Origin: Lysobacterales bacterium
Lineage (GTDB): Bacteria; Pseudomonadota; Gammaproteobacteria; Xanthomonadales; S139-57
Direction of reading: 5' to 3'
NCBI GenBank assembly: GCA_015485125.1
Contig: WFUE01000040.1
Location: forward strand, 1-45,889
DNA length: 45,889 nt
Positions 1-8,702 of this stretch are shown in pieces (position 1 is the first letter of the stretch; every line of letters starts with the position of its first letter). The notes beneath the pieces are model-generated. The model searched no databases, had not been told where the DNA came from, and worked only from the letters and a program-made list of their open reading frames with translations. Both the position numbers and the translations under genes were made by a program.

Positions 1-553
1 ACCGCGTGTAATCAACGAAAGCTCTGGCTGCAACACCAGGGATTTGAGCAAGCGTTTTCGTGAAGGTCAGGGGTTCATCTCTGACCGTTGGTCCGGTGGA
101 ACAACGCAGCGGAGATGAACGGCCGGCAGGGAAGCCGGACCGGGCTTTGCACCAGGGATGGAAAACCCGGTTGTCGGACAGCTCACTACCGGTGAGAGAG
201 ACGGCAGTCACTTAGCGATTCACGAAACAAGCTGCTCAGCCCTGAAGGCGGGGTATAAGAAACCGCGTGTAATCAACGAAAGCTCTGGCTGCAACACCAG
301 GGATTTGAGCAAGCGTTTTCGTGAAGGTCAAGGCACTGCCGTTGAGCGAACCGGGAGCATACATTTAGTATGTGACCGGTGAGAGAGACGGCAGTAACGC
401 AGAGATTCACGAAACAAGCTGCTCAACTCTGAAGGTGGCGTTTTTTCGCAAGCCAAGGCGGAGTTGCTGAGTGAGGAGGGAGCATACAACCAGTATGTGA
501 CCGACGAATGAAGCAGCTCCAACGCCGGATTGCGGAAAACAAGCCCCTTCAGA
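1..553. repeat. Cluster of three nested palindromic ERIC/IRU-like (MITE-like) elements
   Basis: 1-69 is identical to 262-330, 188-208 to 375-395, and 217-238 to 404-425. Imperfect inverted repeats: 45-64/219-238, 306-325/406-425, 428-435/546-553. The apical motif GGGAGCATAC-N5-GTATGTGACCG occurs at 353-378 and 478-503 and resembles the ERIC core GGAGCTTAC-N4-GTAAGTGAC. Confidence 0.8.
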
Positions 554-555
554 AA

Positions 556-632
556 TGGCCCGCCCGAGAGGATTCGAACCTCTGACCTCAGCCTCCGGAG
601 GGCTGCGCTCTATCCAGCTGAGCTACGGGCGG
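556..632 (-). tRNA. tRNA-Arg (anticodon CCG)
   Basis: Reverse complement CCGCCCGTAGCTCAGCTGGATAGAGCGCAGCCCTCCGGAGGCTGAGGTCAGAGGTTCGAATCCTCTCGGGCGGGCCA forms a cloverleaf with a GTTCGAA T-loop, anticodon loop CTCCGGA and an encoded CCA. Confidence 0.97.
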
Positions 633-701
633 GTCGTGAAGGATGTGCATTGTACCCGCCAGCCTCGGCAGCGTCCACAGCTTTGGCGCATCTCTGGAAG
701 C

Positions 702-1151
702 TCAGCTGAAGAAGCGTCCGAGCGTGCGGCTGAGCCAGCCTCCGCTTTGCCGTTTCATGTACTTGCTGACAAAGGGCCTGTAGTCCTGGTCGTCGTTGCG
801 AATATGATTGGTCAGCCAGATACGCAAATCGGAAAGCAGCCGGGCCGCCACATCATCACCCTGCTGGTGTTGACGGTACAGCGAGTGAATGCGCTTGATA
901 AAGCTTTTGTGTACTTGCTGATGGGCTGCGGAAATGGGGTAACCGGCCTGTTGCATCAAGTCTTCCTCGAAGGCGAAATGGGTCTCGGTATAATCCAGCA
1001 AACCGCACAGCACTTCCTCGATCTTTTCCCGCTGCCCGGCCACATGCGCCCGGTGCAGTTGATTCATGTAGTCCACGATCCGTTGATGCTGGCGGTCAAT
1101 CACATCCACGCCGATATTCAGCGAATCATCCCATTCCCAATACAATGTCAT
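702..1151 (-). CDS. Bacteriohemerythrin (single domain, Pseudomonas Mhr-like)
   Basis: True start is MTLYWEWDDSLNIGVDVIDRQH, inside the longer ORF. All di-iron ligands are present: H, HFAFEE, HQQVH, NHIRNDD. C-terminus is GGWLSRTLGRFFS. An AGGGAG RBS lies upstream. Confidence 0.93.
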   Translation of the reverse strand: MTLYWEWDDSLNIGVDVIDRQHQRIVDYMNQLHRAHVAGQREKIEEVLCGLLDYTETHFAFEEDLMQQAGYPISAAHQQVHKSFIKRIHSLYRQHQQGDDVAARLLSDLRIWLTNHIRNDDQDYRPFVSKYMKRQSGGWLSRTLGRFFS

Positions 1152-1230
1152 GAAGGTACTCCCTTGTCGTCCTGAAAATCTTGTATACAGAAACCGTCGC
1201 GCCAGTCTAAGAGCAGTTTGCATAAAAACA

Positions 1231-1244
1231 TTGATTTCGATCAA
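1231..1244. promoter_or_regulatory. FNR/ANR binding site, with a -10-like TAGACT on the minus strand at 1204-1209, driving hemerythrin
   Basis: TTGAT-TTCG-ATCAA is a perfect match to TTGAT-N4-ATCAA. Its spacing to TAGACT fits a class II promoter (about -41). Confidence 0.8.
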
Positions 1245-1310
1245 AAAATGCGCGCAAAACGGGTCTGACGGGGACTGTGGCATACTGTCGCCGGTGTACG
1301 GGGAGCGGCC

Positions 1311-1970
1311 ATGATCCGTCTGGAACAAGTCAGCAAGCGTTATCAGGGCAGTGCCTTTGTCCTGGCCAATATCAGTGTGGAGATCGCTGCCGGTGAGATG
1401 GTCTTTCTCACCGGGCATTCGGGCGCGGGCAAATCCACCCTGCTCAAGCTGATCGGCCTGCTGGAACGACCCAATGGCGGGCGCATCTCCATCGGCGGGC
1501 TGGATATCCGCGAGGTCAAGCCGCGCGGCATCCCCTGGTTGCGTCAGCGCATGGGCTTTGTCTTTCAGGATTTTCAACTGCTCGATGACCGCAATGTATT
1601 CGAGAATGTGGCCCTGCCGTTGCGCATTCTCGGCCTGGACGAGCGGGATGTCCGCCGGCGGGTCTCGGCGGCGCTGGACGCGGTGGGCCTGGTGGACAAG
1701 GGCAGGGTGCTGCCCCGCACGCTTTCCGGCGGGGAACAGCAGCGGGTGGGCATTGCCCGCGCGGTGGTGCACCGGCCGGCCATTCTGCTGGCCGACGAGC
1801 CAACTGGCAATCTGGATCCGGCCCTTTCGCGGGAAATCTTTGAACTGTTCCGTCACTTCAACGACCTGGGCACGACCTTGTTAATTGCTTCACACGACCT
1901 GGCGCTGCTCAGGGAAATGAACCAGCGCACATTGGTACTGGAACAGGGGCGCTTGCTGCATGACCCGTGA
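1311..1970 (+). CDS. ftsE: Cell division ABC ATPase FtsE
   Basis: [35 protein letters not shown]; followed by ftsX. Confidence 0.93.
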   Translation: MIRLEQVSKRYQGSAFVLANISVEIAAGEMVFLTGHSGAGKSTLLKLIGLLERPNGGRISIGGLDIREVKPRGIPWLRQRMGFVFQDFQLLDDRNVFENVALPLRILGLDERDVRRRVSAALDAVGLVDKGRVLPRTLSGGEQQRVGIARAVVHRPAILLADEPTGNLDPALSREIFELFRHFNDLGTTLLIASHDLALLREMNQRTLVLEQGRLLHDP

Positions 1971-2895
1971 AAACCGGCGGAAACCGCGTTCCCAACTGCT
2001 GATTTGGCGTCGGCACTGGCGGCAGGCCTGGGCACAGGCGTGGCAATTACTGTGGGAGAAGCCCCTGGAGAGCGTGCTGACACTGCTGGTCATGGCCCTG
2101 GCTGCCTTGCCAGCTGCTGTTTTGTGGCTGGCCAGTGAGCAGTTACAGGGGGTGGAATTGCAGTCACAGGGAGACTGGGTCGTATTCACGCGCACGGAAA
2201 CAAGCGATACGGAAGCCCGTGCGCTGGCCGAAGCCCTGCGCAAGGAAGATGGTGTGCAGACGGTGACTGTGCTGTCGCCGGAAACCGTGTTGCAACAGTA
2301 CCTGCAGGACACGGCAGTGGAAGCTGGGCTGCAGCAGATGGCCGCGGGTATCTTCCCCTGGGTTCTGGAGGTTCGTGCCACACCAGGTTTGAGCGTGGAG
2401 AAAAGCACGCGGATGGCGGTGGACTGGCAACAACATTGGCCGCAGATCATTGACCAGGTTGATCATGACCCGGTCTGGCAGGCGCTGCGGATGCATCTGG
2501 CTCGTTTTTTGACCCGCAGTCTGCTCTGGGTGTCCCTGTTTTCCGTGGTCATTTTGTTTTTCGTGGTCAGCAATACCGTACATTTACGCCTGCGTCGGCA
2601 CCAGGCCGCCATCGAGGTGATGCAGGTACTGGGGGCCAGCAACGCCTATCTGCGCAGGCCCTATCTGTTGGCCAGCATGCTGGGCGGCTTGCTGGCTGGC
2701 TTGTTGACCGTATTGCTGCTGGCTCTGATTCTTCTCAGCCTGTCCCGGCCCTGGCATGACTTGCAACAGGGTCTGGGTCTGCCCCCATTCGAGTTGCGTC
2801 TGGCCGGGCGGGGCCTGTGGCTGTGGCCCTTGCTGCTGGCCGGCTTGAGCCTGTTGAGTGCGCGCATCTCGCTGCAAAAACTGCGCAGTTCGTGA
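1960..2895 (+). CDS. ftsX: Cell division permease FtsX (divergent)
   Basis: N-terminal TM, periplasmic loop, NTVHL..IEVMQVLGASNAYLRRPYL motif; overlaps ftsE. Confidence 0.85.
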   Translation: MTRENRRKPRSQLLIWRRHWRQAWAQAWQLLWEKPLESVLTLLVMALAALPAAVLWLASEQLQGVELQSQGDWVVFTRTETSDTEARALAEALRKEDGVQTVTVLSPETVLQQYLQDTAVEAGLQQMAAGIFPWVLEVRATPGLSVEKSTRMAVDWQQHWPQIIDQVDHDPVWQALRMHLARFLTRSLLWVSLFSVVILFFVVSNTVHLRLRRHQAAIEVMQVLGASNAYLRRPYLLASMLGGLLAGLLTVLLLALILLSLSRPWHDLQQGLGLPPFELRLAGRGLWLWPLLLAGLSLLSARISLQKLRSS

Positions 2896-2988
2896 ACCGG
2901 CTTCACATACTTTCACCGGGGTAAATCTGCTACCATGAACGTCTCACGGAAATGATCTGACCCCATGCAGCTACATCTGGAAAATCAC

Positions 2989-3801
2989 ATGGCCGCGGAG
3001 GCCAGCATTCTGGTGGTGGATGGTTCCCGCACCGCCCGCATGATGCTGAAAAAGATCCTGCACAAGGAGCTGCCCTCGGCGGAGATAACCCTGTGTGCTT
3101 CCGCGGACGAGGCTCGGCAGCAACTGGCCCTGAGCCAGTTCGATCTGGTCTGTCAGGCGCTGGTTCTGCCGGATGCCGACGGACTGGAACTGGCCCATGA
3201 AATCCGCAACCATCCCAATCAGCGCTATATTCCCGTGATCGTGGTTTCCGGGGATGTGGACGAACGGGTCTCCCGCCGCGCCTTGGGCCACGAGGTCACC
3301 GATTATTTCGACAAAAGCCTGGGTTTTTCCGCCCTGGCCAGCTTCATCCACGGTTATGTCCGCCCGGAGGACGAAGTCCCCGGACGGGTTCTCTATGTGG
3401 AAGACAGCCGGGTGGTGGCGGTCACCACCAAGCGCATGCTGCAGGGCAATGGTTTCGAGATCGAACACACCATCACCGCCGAGGAAGCGCTGGAGAAAAT
3501 CATGGAATCCATGGGTGACGGCAGCTTGCCCGCCTATGATCTGGTGCTCACGGATGTCTATCTCAAAGGCAGCATGACCGGCAAGGACCTGATGGAAAAA
3601 ATCCGCATCAACCTGGAGCTGGATCGCAACCAGTTACCCATGATCGTCATGACCGGCGACGATGATGCCGAAAAACAGCGCGAGCTGCTACAGGCCGGTG
3701 CCAATGACCTGGTGGTCAAACCGGTGGAAGAACGCGTGCTGGTGAGCAAGCTGCGTTTCCAGTTGAACCTGCATCAACGGGACAAGGCACATCTGTCCTG
3801 A
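2989..3801 (+). CDS. Tandem REC-REC response regulator without output domain (start could be 2965)
   Basis: REC1 ILVVDGS...DLVCQAL lacks the phospho-Asp. REC2 VLYVEDS...DLVLTD...MTG...VKP is intact. Confidence 0.85.
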   Translation: MAAEASILVVDGSRTARMMLKKILHKELPSAEITLCASADEARQQLALSQFDLVCQALVLPDADGLELAHEIRNHPNQRYIPVIVVSGDVDERVSRRALGHEVTDYFDKSLGFSALASFIHGYVRPEDEVPGRVLYVEDSRVVAVTTKRMLQGNGFEIEHTITAEEALEKIMESMGDGSLPAYDLVLTDVYLKGSMTGKDLMEKIRINLELDRNQLPMIVMTGDDDAEKQRELLQAGANDLVVKPVEERVLVSKLRFQLNLHQRDKAHLS

Positions 3802-3856
3802 GCGATTCCAGCCCGCTCAACGGTGAACAGGCTGGCAGAACTGACCGGGTCTAACT

Positions 3857-4300
3857 TCAGCGATTGCGGTGGTCCGGGTAGAATTTCTGCCGGAATTCCA
3901 CATTGAAATCCTGCATCGCGCCTTCGGGGCGCACCTTCAGCTGGATGCGCACATTTTCTTCCGGTGCGACGGTCCATTCAGCCAGGTAGTAGATGGCGCC
4001 GGTTTCTTCCACCTTTTTAAACTGGAGTTTCGTGGTCTGGCCCACCAGGTTGGTGGCGGTACCGCTGATAGTGGCAAGTACGGGCTTGCGCTGGCCGGCA
4101 CTTTCCAGCACGGAAAGGTTCAACACGGCGTTACGACCACTGCGCGTCAGGCCGTAGTTGCGGGCCATTTCCGGGCTCAGGGTATCGCCGGTGAAGGCCG
4201 ACCAGTGCAATTCCCACGGGCCCATGGGGATGGTATGGGTATTCTCAGCCAGTACCGGGCCGGTCAACAGCAGGGCGAGCAGAATGAGTAGACGATTCAT
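3857..4300 (-). CDS. DUF4426 family periplasmic protein
   Basis: Signal peptide, LSPEMARNYGLTRS, GTATNLVGQ, AIYYLAE, FRQKFY; position after yggT. Confidence 0.8.
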   Translation of the reverse strand: MNRLLILLALLLTGPVLAENTHTIPMGPWELHWSAFTGDTLSPEMARNYGLTRSGRNAVLNLSVLESAGQRKPVLATISGTATNLVGQTTKLQFKKVEETGAIYYLAEWTVAPEENVRIQLKVRPEGAMQDFNVEFRQKFYPDHRNR

Positions 4301-4401
4301 GGCAGTTCTCCTTTAAGGTGGACATGGCAAGGCGGCGTCGTTCGCGGATAGGGGTGAACCGGCGTCGTCTCTCTATTCAGACCCTGGCGAGGCAAAAATG
4401 C

Positions 4402-4941
4402 TCACAACCCCAACAGAATCATCAGCAACTGCATGCCGATCAGCACCACCAGCGGGGAGAGATCCAGCCCGCCGATGGGCGGAATGACCCGCCGGGCTGG
4501 TGCCAGCAGGGGTTCGGTGATCTGCCCCAGCACCCGTGCCAGCGGGTTTTGTCCGTATGGGTCCACAAAGGAGAGTACGGCGCGGATGATGATGGCGTAG
4601 AACAGGGTGTTGAAGGCCAGCCGCAGGGTTTCCACCAGTGCCTGAACCAGCAGAGGAACCAGGCTGAAGGCCTGTCCGACCACGGCCAGCATCAGCGCCA
4701 GTTTGATGCCTTGCAACAGCAGCAGGAGCAGCAGCCCGCCCCAGTCCATGCGGCCCCGGTTGGGAATGATGCCACGCAGCGGTTTGAGTACCGGGTCGGT
4801 CAGGCGCACAATGGCCTGGGAGATGGGGTTGAAATAATCGGCCCGCACCGCCTGCAGCAGCATGCGCACCAGCAGCACGGTGAGATAGAGGTTGAACAGG
4901 GTTTGTATCAGGAACAGGCCTGCGTGGGTTCCGGTGCTCAT
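4402..4941 (-). CDS. yggT: YggT family membrane protein
   Basis: RADYFNPISQ...TDP and IPPIGGLDLSP repeats; synteny with proC. Confidence 0.9.
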   Translation of the reverse strand: MSTGTHAGLFLIQTLFNLYLTVLLVRMLLQAVRADYFNPISQAIVRLTDPVLKPLRGIIPNRGRMDWGGLLLLLLLQGIKLALMLAVVGQAFSLVPLLVQALVETLRLAFNTLFYAIIIRAVLSFVDPYGQNPLARVLGQITEPLLAPARRVIPPIGGLDLSPLVVLIGMQLLMILLGL

Positions 4942-5765
4942 CAGGGGTTCTCCAGTTGCTGTTGCAGTTCACGGCTGCGTTGGGTGGCGGCGGCAATGGC
5001 CCGGGTCACCAGTTGCGGCAGGCCATGGGCATCCATCTGTCGCAGGGCCGCTTCGGTGGTGCCGCCGGGGGAGGTCACCTTGCGGCGCAGCTCCGCCGGG
5101 CTGTCCTCGCTGTCCTGGGCCAGTACCGCCGCGCCCAGTGCGGTTTGTAGTACCAGATCCCGCGCCAGTTCACGGGGCAGGCCCTGTTCGACGGCGGCTT
5201 GTTCCAGACACTCCATCAGGCGGAAAAAATAGGCCGGGCCGGAGCCGGACAGGGCGGTGACCGCGTGCATCTGTTCCTCATCCTCCACCCAGCGCACCAG
5301 GCCGGTGGCCGCCAGCAGCGTTTCCGCCAGTGTACGCTGGCTTTCCGTGGTGGTTTCACTGGCATAGAGCACGCTGGCGCCTTGCCCCACCAGGGCCGGG
5401 GTATTGGGCATGCAGCGCACCACCGGCAGTTGTGGATGCAGCCTTTGGCGGAAATAGTCGCTGGGCACGCCGGCGGCAATGGAGATCAGCAGGGGCTGCC
5501 GGGTTTGAAAGGCCGGTTGCAGGCTTTCGCTGACGGCGGCCATGACCTGTGGCTTGACGGCGATGATCACGGCGTCGGCCCCTTCACAGGCACGGGCGTT
5601 GTCCTCGGCCAGGGCCACTTTCAGGTGCCGGTCCAGCCATTGCCGGCGGGATGCATCGGGTTCGGAGACGGTGATTCGATCCGCCGGCCAGCCTTGCTGC
5701 AGCAGGCCGCCGATGATGCTGGCGGCCATGTTGCCGCCACCGATGAAGGTGAGTTGTTCGTTCAT
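4941..5765 (-). CDS. proC: Pyrroline-5-carboxylate reductase
   Basis: FIGGGNMA, AVKPQ, RCMPNTP, SGSGPAY, VTSPGGTT. Confidence 0.96.
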   Translation of the reverse strand: MNEQLTFIGGGNMAASIIGGLLQQGWPADRITVSEPDASRRQWLDRHLKVALAEDNARACEGADAVIIAVKPQVMAAVSESLQPAFQTRQPLLISIAAGVPSDYFRQRLHPQLPVVRCMPNTPALVGQGASVLYASETTTESQRTLAETLLAATGLVRWVEDEEQMHAVTALSGSGPAYFFRLMECLEQAAVEQGLPRELARDLVLQTALGAAVLAQDSEDSPAELRRKVTSPGGTTEAALRQMDAHGLPQLVTRAIAAATQRSRELQQQLENP

Positions 5766-5779
5766 GGTGATTCCTGTGG

Positions 5780-6481
5780 TCAGGGGCGCGGGCCGAACAG
5801 GGCCGTGCCGATGCGAACCATTGTACTGCCTTCGGCGATGGCTGCTTCCAGATCGTGGCTCATGCCCATGGACAGCGTGTCCAGCGCGTGTCCTCGTTGT
5901 TGCAGGGTCTCGAAGGCGCGCCGGGCCTGGGCAAACCAGTACCGCTGACGATCCGGCTCGGTCTCACGTGGTGGAATGCACATCAAACCGCGCAGTTTCA
6001 GCCGTGAGCTTGCAGCCACCGCTTCGGCCAGCGCCGGCAGCGCATCGGCCGCTGCACCGGATTTGGTGGCTTCATCGCCCAGTTTCAACTGTAGACAGAT
6101 ATGCAGCGGGGGCAAGCCGGCGGGTCTTTGTTCGTTCAGGCGGGCGATCAGCTTGGGCCGGTCCACGCTCTGTACCCAGTGCGCATGTTCGGCAATCAGG
6201 CGGGTCTTGTTGGATTGCAGCGGGCCGATGTAGTGCCATTCCAGTGGCAGCTCGGCCAGGTGCCGGATCTTCTCCACCATTTCGCTGGCATAGTTTTCGC
6301 CGAAGGCCAGTTGCCCCAGCGCGTGCAGTGAACGAATGGCTGGGGCCGGGTGGCGCTTGGATACGGCCAGCAGTTGCACGCTGTCGGGCCCGCGCCCGAC
6401 CTGCTCGCAGGCTGCCTGAATACGCGTCTGCACGGCGGCCAGCCGCTGGGCGTTTGAGGGAGAATGGTTGCTTGTTTGCAT
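5780..6481 (-). CDS. yggS: PLP homeostasis protein YggS
   Basis: LLAVSK, FGENY, WHYIGPLQSNK, LSMGMS, MVRIGTALFG; start taken as MQTSNH. Confidence 0.95.
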   Translation of the reverse strand: MQTSNHSPSNAQRLAAVQTRIQAACEQVGRGPDSVQLLAVSKRHPAPAIRSLHALGQLAFGENYASEMVEKIRHLAELPLEWHYIGPLQSNKTRLIAEHAHWVQSVDRPKLIARLNEQRPAGLPPLHICLQLKLGDEATKSGAAADALPALAEAVAASSRLKLRGLMCIPPRETEPDRQRYWFAQARRAFETLQQRGHALDTLSMGMSHDLEAAIAEGSTMVRIGTALFGPRP

Positions 6482-6530
6482 GGTTCCCGCTACTGTTTGC
6501 CTGTGGTGAATGGATGTTTGGAGGCTTGAA

Positions 6531-7568
6531 GTGGATATTGCCGAACTGTTGGCCTTTTCGGTGAAGAATAATGCATCGGACCTGCACTTGTCTGCCGGTC
6601 TGCCGCCGATGATTCGGGTGGACGGCGATGTGCGGCGCATCAATCTGCCGGCACTGGACCAGAAAACCCTGCACGCGCTGATCTACGACATCATGTCGGA
6701 CAAGCAGCGCAAGGATTACGAAGAGTTTCTCGAGGTGGATTTCTCCTTCGAGATTCCCGGCCTGGCCCGCTTCCGGGTCAACGCCTTCAACCAGAATCGG
6801 GGATCGGGCGCGGTGTTCCGGACCATTCCCACCAATATCCTCACGCTGGAGGATCTGAATGCGCCGGCGGTATTCAAGGAAATCATCAATGTGCCCCGGG
6901 GGCTGATTCTGGTGACCGGGCCCACCGGTTCGGGTAAGTCCACCACCCTGGCGGCGATGATCGACCACATCAACAAGACCGAGCAGGGGCATATTCTTAC
7001 CATCGAGGACCCCATCGAATTTGTGCACACTTCCAACAAGTGTCTGATCAACCAGCGGGAAGTGCACCGGGATACCCACGGCTTCAACGAAGCGTTGCGC
7101 TCGGCCCTGCGGGAAGACCCGGACATCATCCTGGTGGGCGAGCTACGGGATATCGAGACCATACGCCTGGCCCTGACGGCGGCGGAAACCGGCCACCTGG
7201 TCTTCGCCACCCTGCACACCAGCTCCGCGCCCAAGACCATCGACCGGATCATCGATGTATTCCCGGCCGGGGAAAAGCCCATGGTGCGCTCCATGCTGTC
7301 CGAATCCCTGCGGGCGGTGATTTCCCAGACCTTGCTGAAGAAGGTGGGTGGCGGGCGGATTGCCGCGCACGAGATCATGGTGGGCATACCCGCCATTCGC
7401 AACCTGATCCGCGAGGACAAGGTGGCGCAGATGTATTCCGCCATCCAGACCGGGCAGAACTATGGCATGCAGACACTGGACCAGAACCTGCAGGATCTGG
7501 TTCGCACCGGCAAGATCACCAAGCAGGCCGCCTATTCGCGCGCGCAGAACAAGGCCCTGTTCCAGTAA
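6531..7568 (+). CDS. pilT: Type IV pilus retraction ATPase PilT
   Basis: GTG start DIAELLAF after GGAGG; GPTGSGKST, TIEDPIE, AIRNLIRE. Confidence 0.97.
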   Translation: MDIAELLAFSVKNNASDLHLSAGLPPMIRVDGDVRRINLPALDQKTLHALIYDIMSDKQRKDYEEFLEVDFSFEIPGLARFRVNAFNQNRGSGAVFRTIPTNILTLEDLNAPAVFKEIINVPRGLILVTGPTGSGKSTTLAAMIDHINKTEQGHILTIEDPIEFVHTSNKCLINQREVHRDTHGFNEALRSALREDPDIILVGELRDIETIRLALTAAETGHLVFATLHTSSAPKTIDRIIDVFPAGEKPMVRSMLSESLRAVISQTLLKKVGGGRIAAHEIMVGIPAIRNLIREDKVAQMYSAIQTGQNYGMQTLDQNLQDLVRTGKITKQAAYSRAQNKALFQ

Positions 7569-7580
7569 GGAGACGCCGTC

Positions 7581-8699
7581 ATGGATTTCAATTCCTACCT
7601 CAAGCTGATGGCCCACAAGAAGGCCTCGGACCTGTTCATCACCGCCGGCGTGCCGCCCAGCATCAAGGTCAATGGCCGGCTCTCGCCCGTGGGGCAGAAC
7701 CCGCTGACACCGGGGCAGGCGCGGGATCTGGTCCTGGGTGTGATGACACCCAGCCAACGGGAGGAATTCGAGGCCACCCACGAGTGCAATTTCGCCATCG
7801 GCGTGGCGGGTATCGGCCGCTTCCGGGTCAGCGCCTTCTACCAGCGCAATCATGTGGGCATGGTGCTGCGGCGCATCGAGACCAAGATTCCCACGGTGGA
7901 GCAGCTCAACCTGCCGCCGATCCTCAAGAATCTGTCCATGACCAAGCGGGGCATCATCATCATGGTGGGTGCCACCGGCACGGGTAAGTCTACTTCACTG
8001 GCGGCGATGATCGGCTACCGCAATCTCAACAGTACCGGCCATATCATCACCATCGAAGACCCCATCGAATACGTGCACAAGCACGAGGGTTGCATCATCA
8101 CCCAGCGGGAGGTGGGTATCGACACCGATTCCTTCGAGATCGCCCTGCGCAACACCCTGCGGCAGGCGCCGGATGTGATCATGATCGGGGAGATTCGTAC
8201 CCGGGAAACCATGGAACATGCCATCGCCTTTGCCGAAACCGGTCACCTGTGCATGGCCACCCTGCACGCCAACAACGCCAACCAGGCGCTGGACCGCATC
8301 CTGCACTTTTTCCCCGAAGACCGGCGCGATCAGTTGCTGATGGACCTGTCTCTCAATCTCAAGGCCATGATCGCTCAGCAGCTCATCCCCACGCCGGACG
8401 GCAAGAGCCGGCGGGCGGCGGTGGAGATCCTGCTCAATTCGCCGCTGGCACAGGAGATGATCCGCAAGGGCGAGATTCACAAGCTCAAGGATCTGATGAA
8501 GGAATCCACCAACCAGGGCATGAAAACCTTTGATCAGGCCCTGTTCGAGCTGTATCAGGCCGGTGAAATCACCTATGAGGACGCGCTGCGACACGCCGAT
8601 TCCGCCAACGAGGTGCGCCTGCGCATCAAACTCAGCCAGGGTGGCGATGCCAATACCCTCTCTTCCGGCCTGGACGGCATCGAACTGATGGAAGACTGA
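7581..8699 (+). CDS. pilU: Type IV pilus retraction ATPase PilU
   Basis: ASDLFIT, GATGTGKST, LHANNANQ, TFDQAL; follows pilT. Confidence 0.96.
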   Translation: MDFNSYLKLMAHKKASDLFITAGVPPSIKVNGRLSPVGQNPLTPGQARDLVLGVMTPSQREEFEATHECNFAIGVAGIGRFRVSAFYQRNHVGMVLRRIETKIPTVEQLNLPPILKNLSMTKRGIIIMVGATGTGKSTSLAAMIGYRNLNSTGHIITIEDPIEYVHKHEGCIITQREVGIDTDSFEIALRNTLRQAPDVIMIGEIRTRETMEHAIAFAETGHLCMATLHANNANQALDRILHFFPEDRRDQLLMDLSLNLKAMIAQQLIPTPDGKSRRAAVEILLNSPLAQEMIRKGEIHKLKDLMKESTNQGMKTFDQALFELYQAGEITYEDALRHADSANEVRLRIKLSQGGDANTLSSGLDGIELMED

Positions 8700-8702
8700 T
8701 GC

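Noticed and set aside
1-553. CRISPR array
   Set aside because: The repeats are long, nested and palindromic over more than 100 bp, with irregular spacing. There is no constant 23-47 bp repeat with unique spacers and no cas gene in the window.
556-632. Prophage or island integrated at the tRNA
   Set aside because: No integrase and no duplicated tRNA 3' end are visible in the window. An element to the left of position 1 cannot be excluded.
158-1175. ORFs 158-382, 328-522 and 555-1175
   Set aside because: They are translations of the repeats, or antisense to the tRNA and hemerythrin, and show no protein motifs.
1152-1856. 235-aa N-terminal extension of hemerythrin
   Set aside because: It is antisense to ftsE and spans the promoter. 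The RBS and family alignment place the start at 1151.
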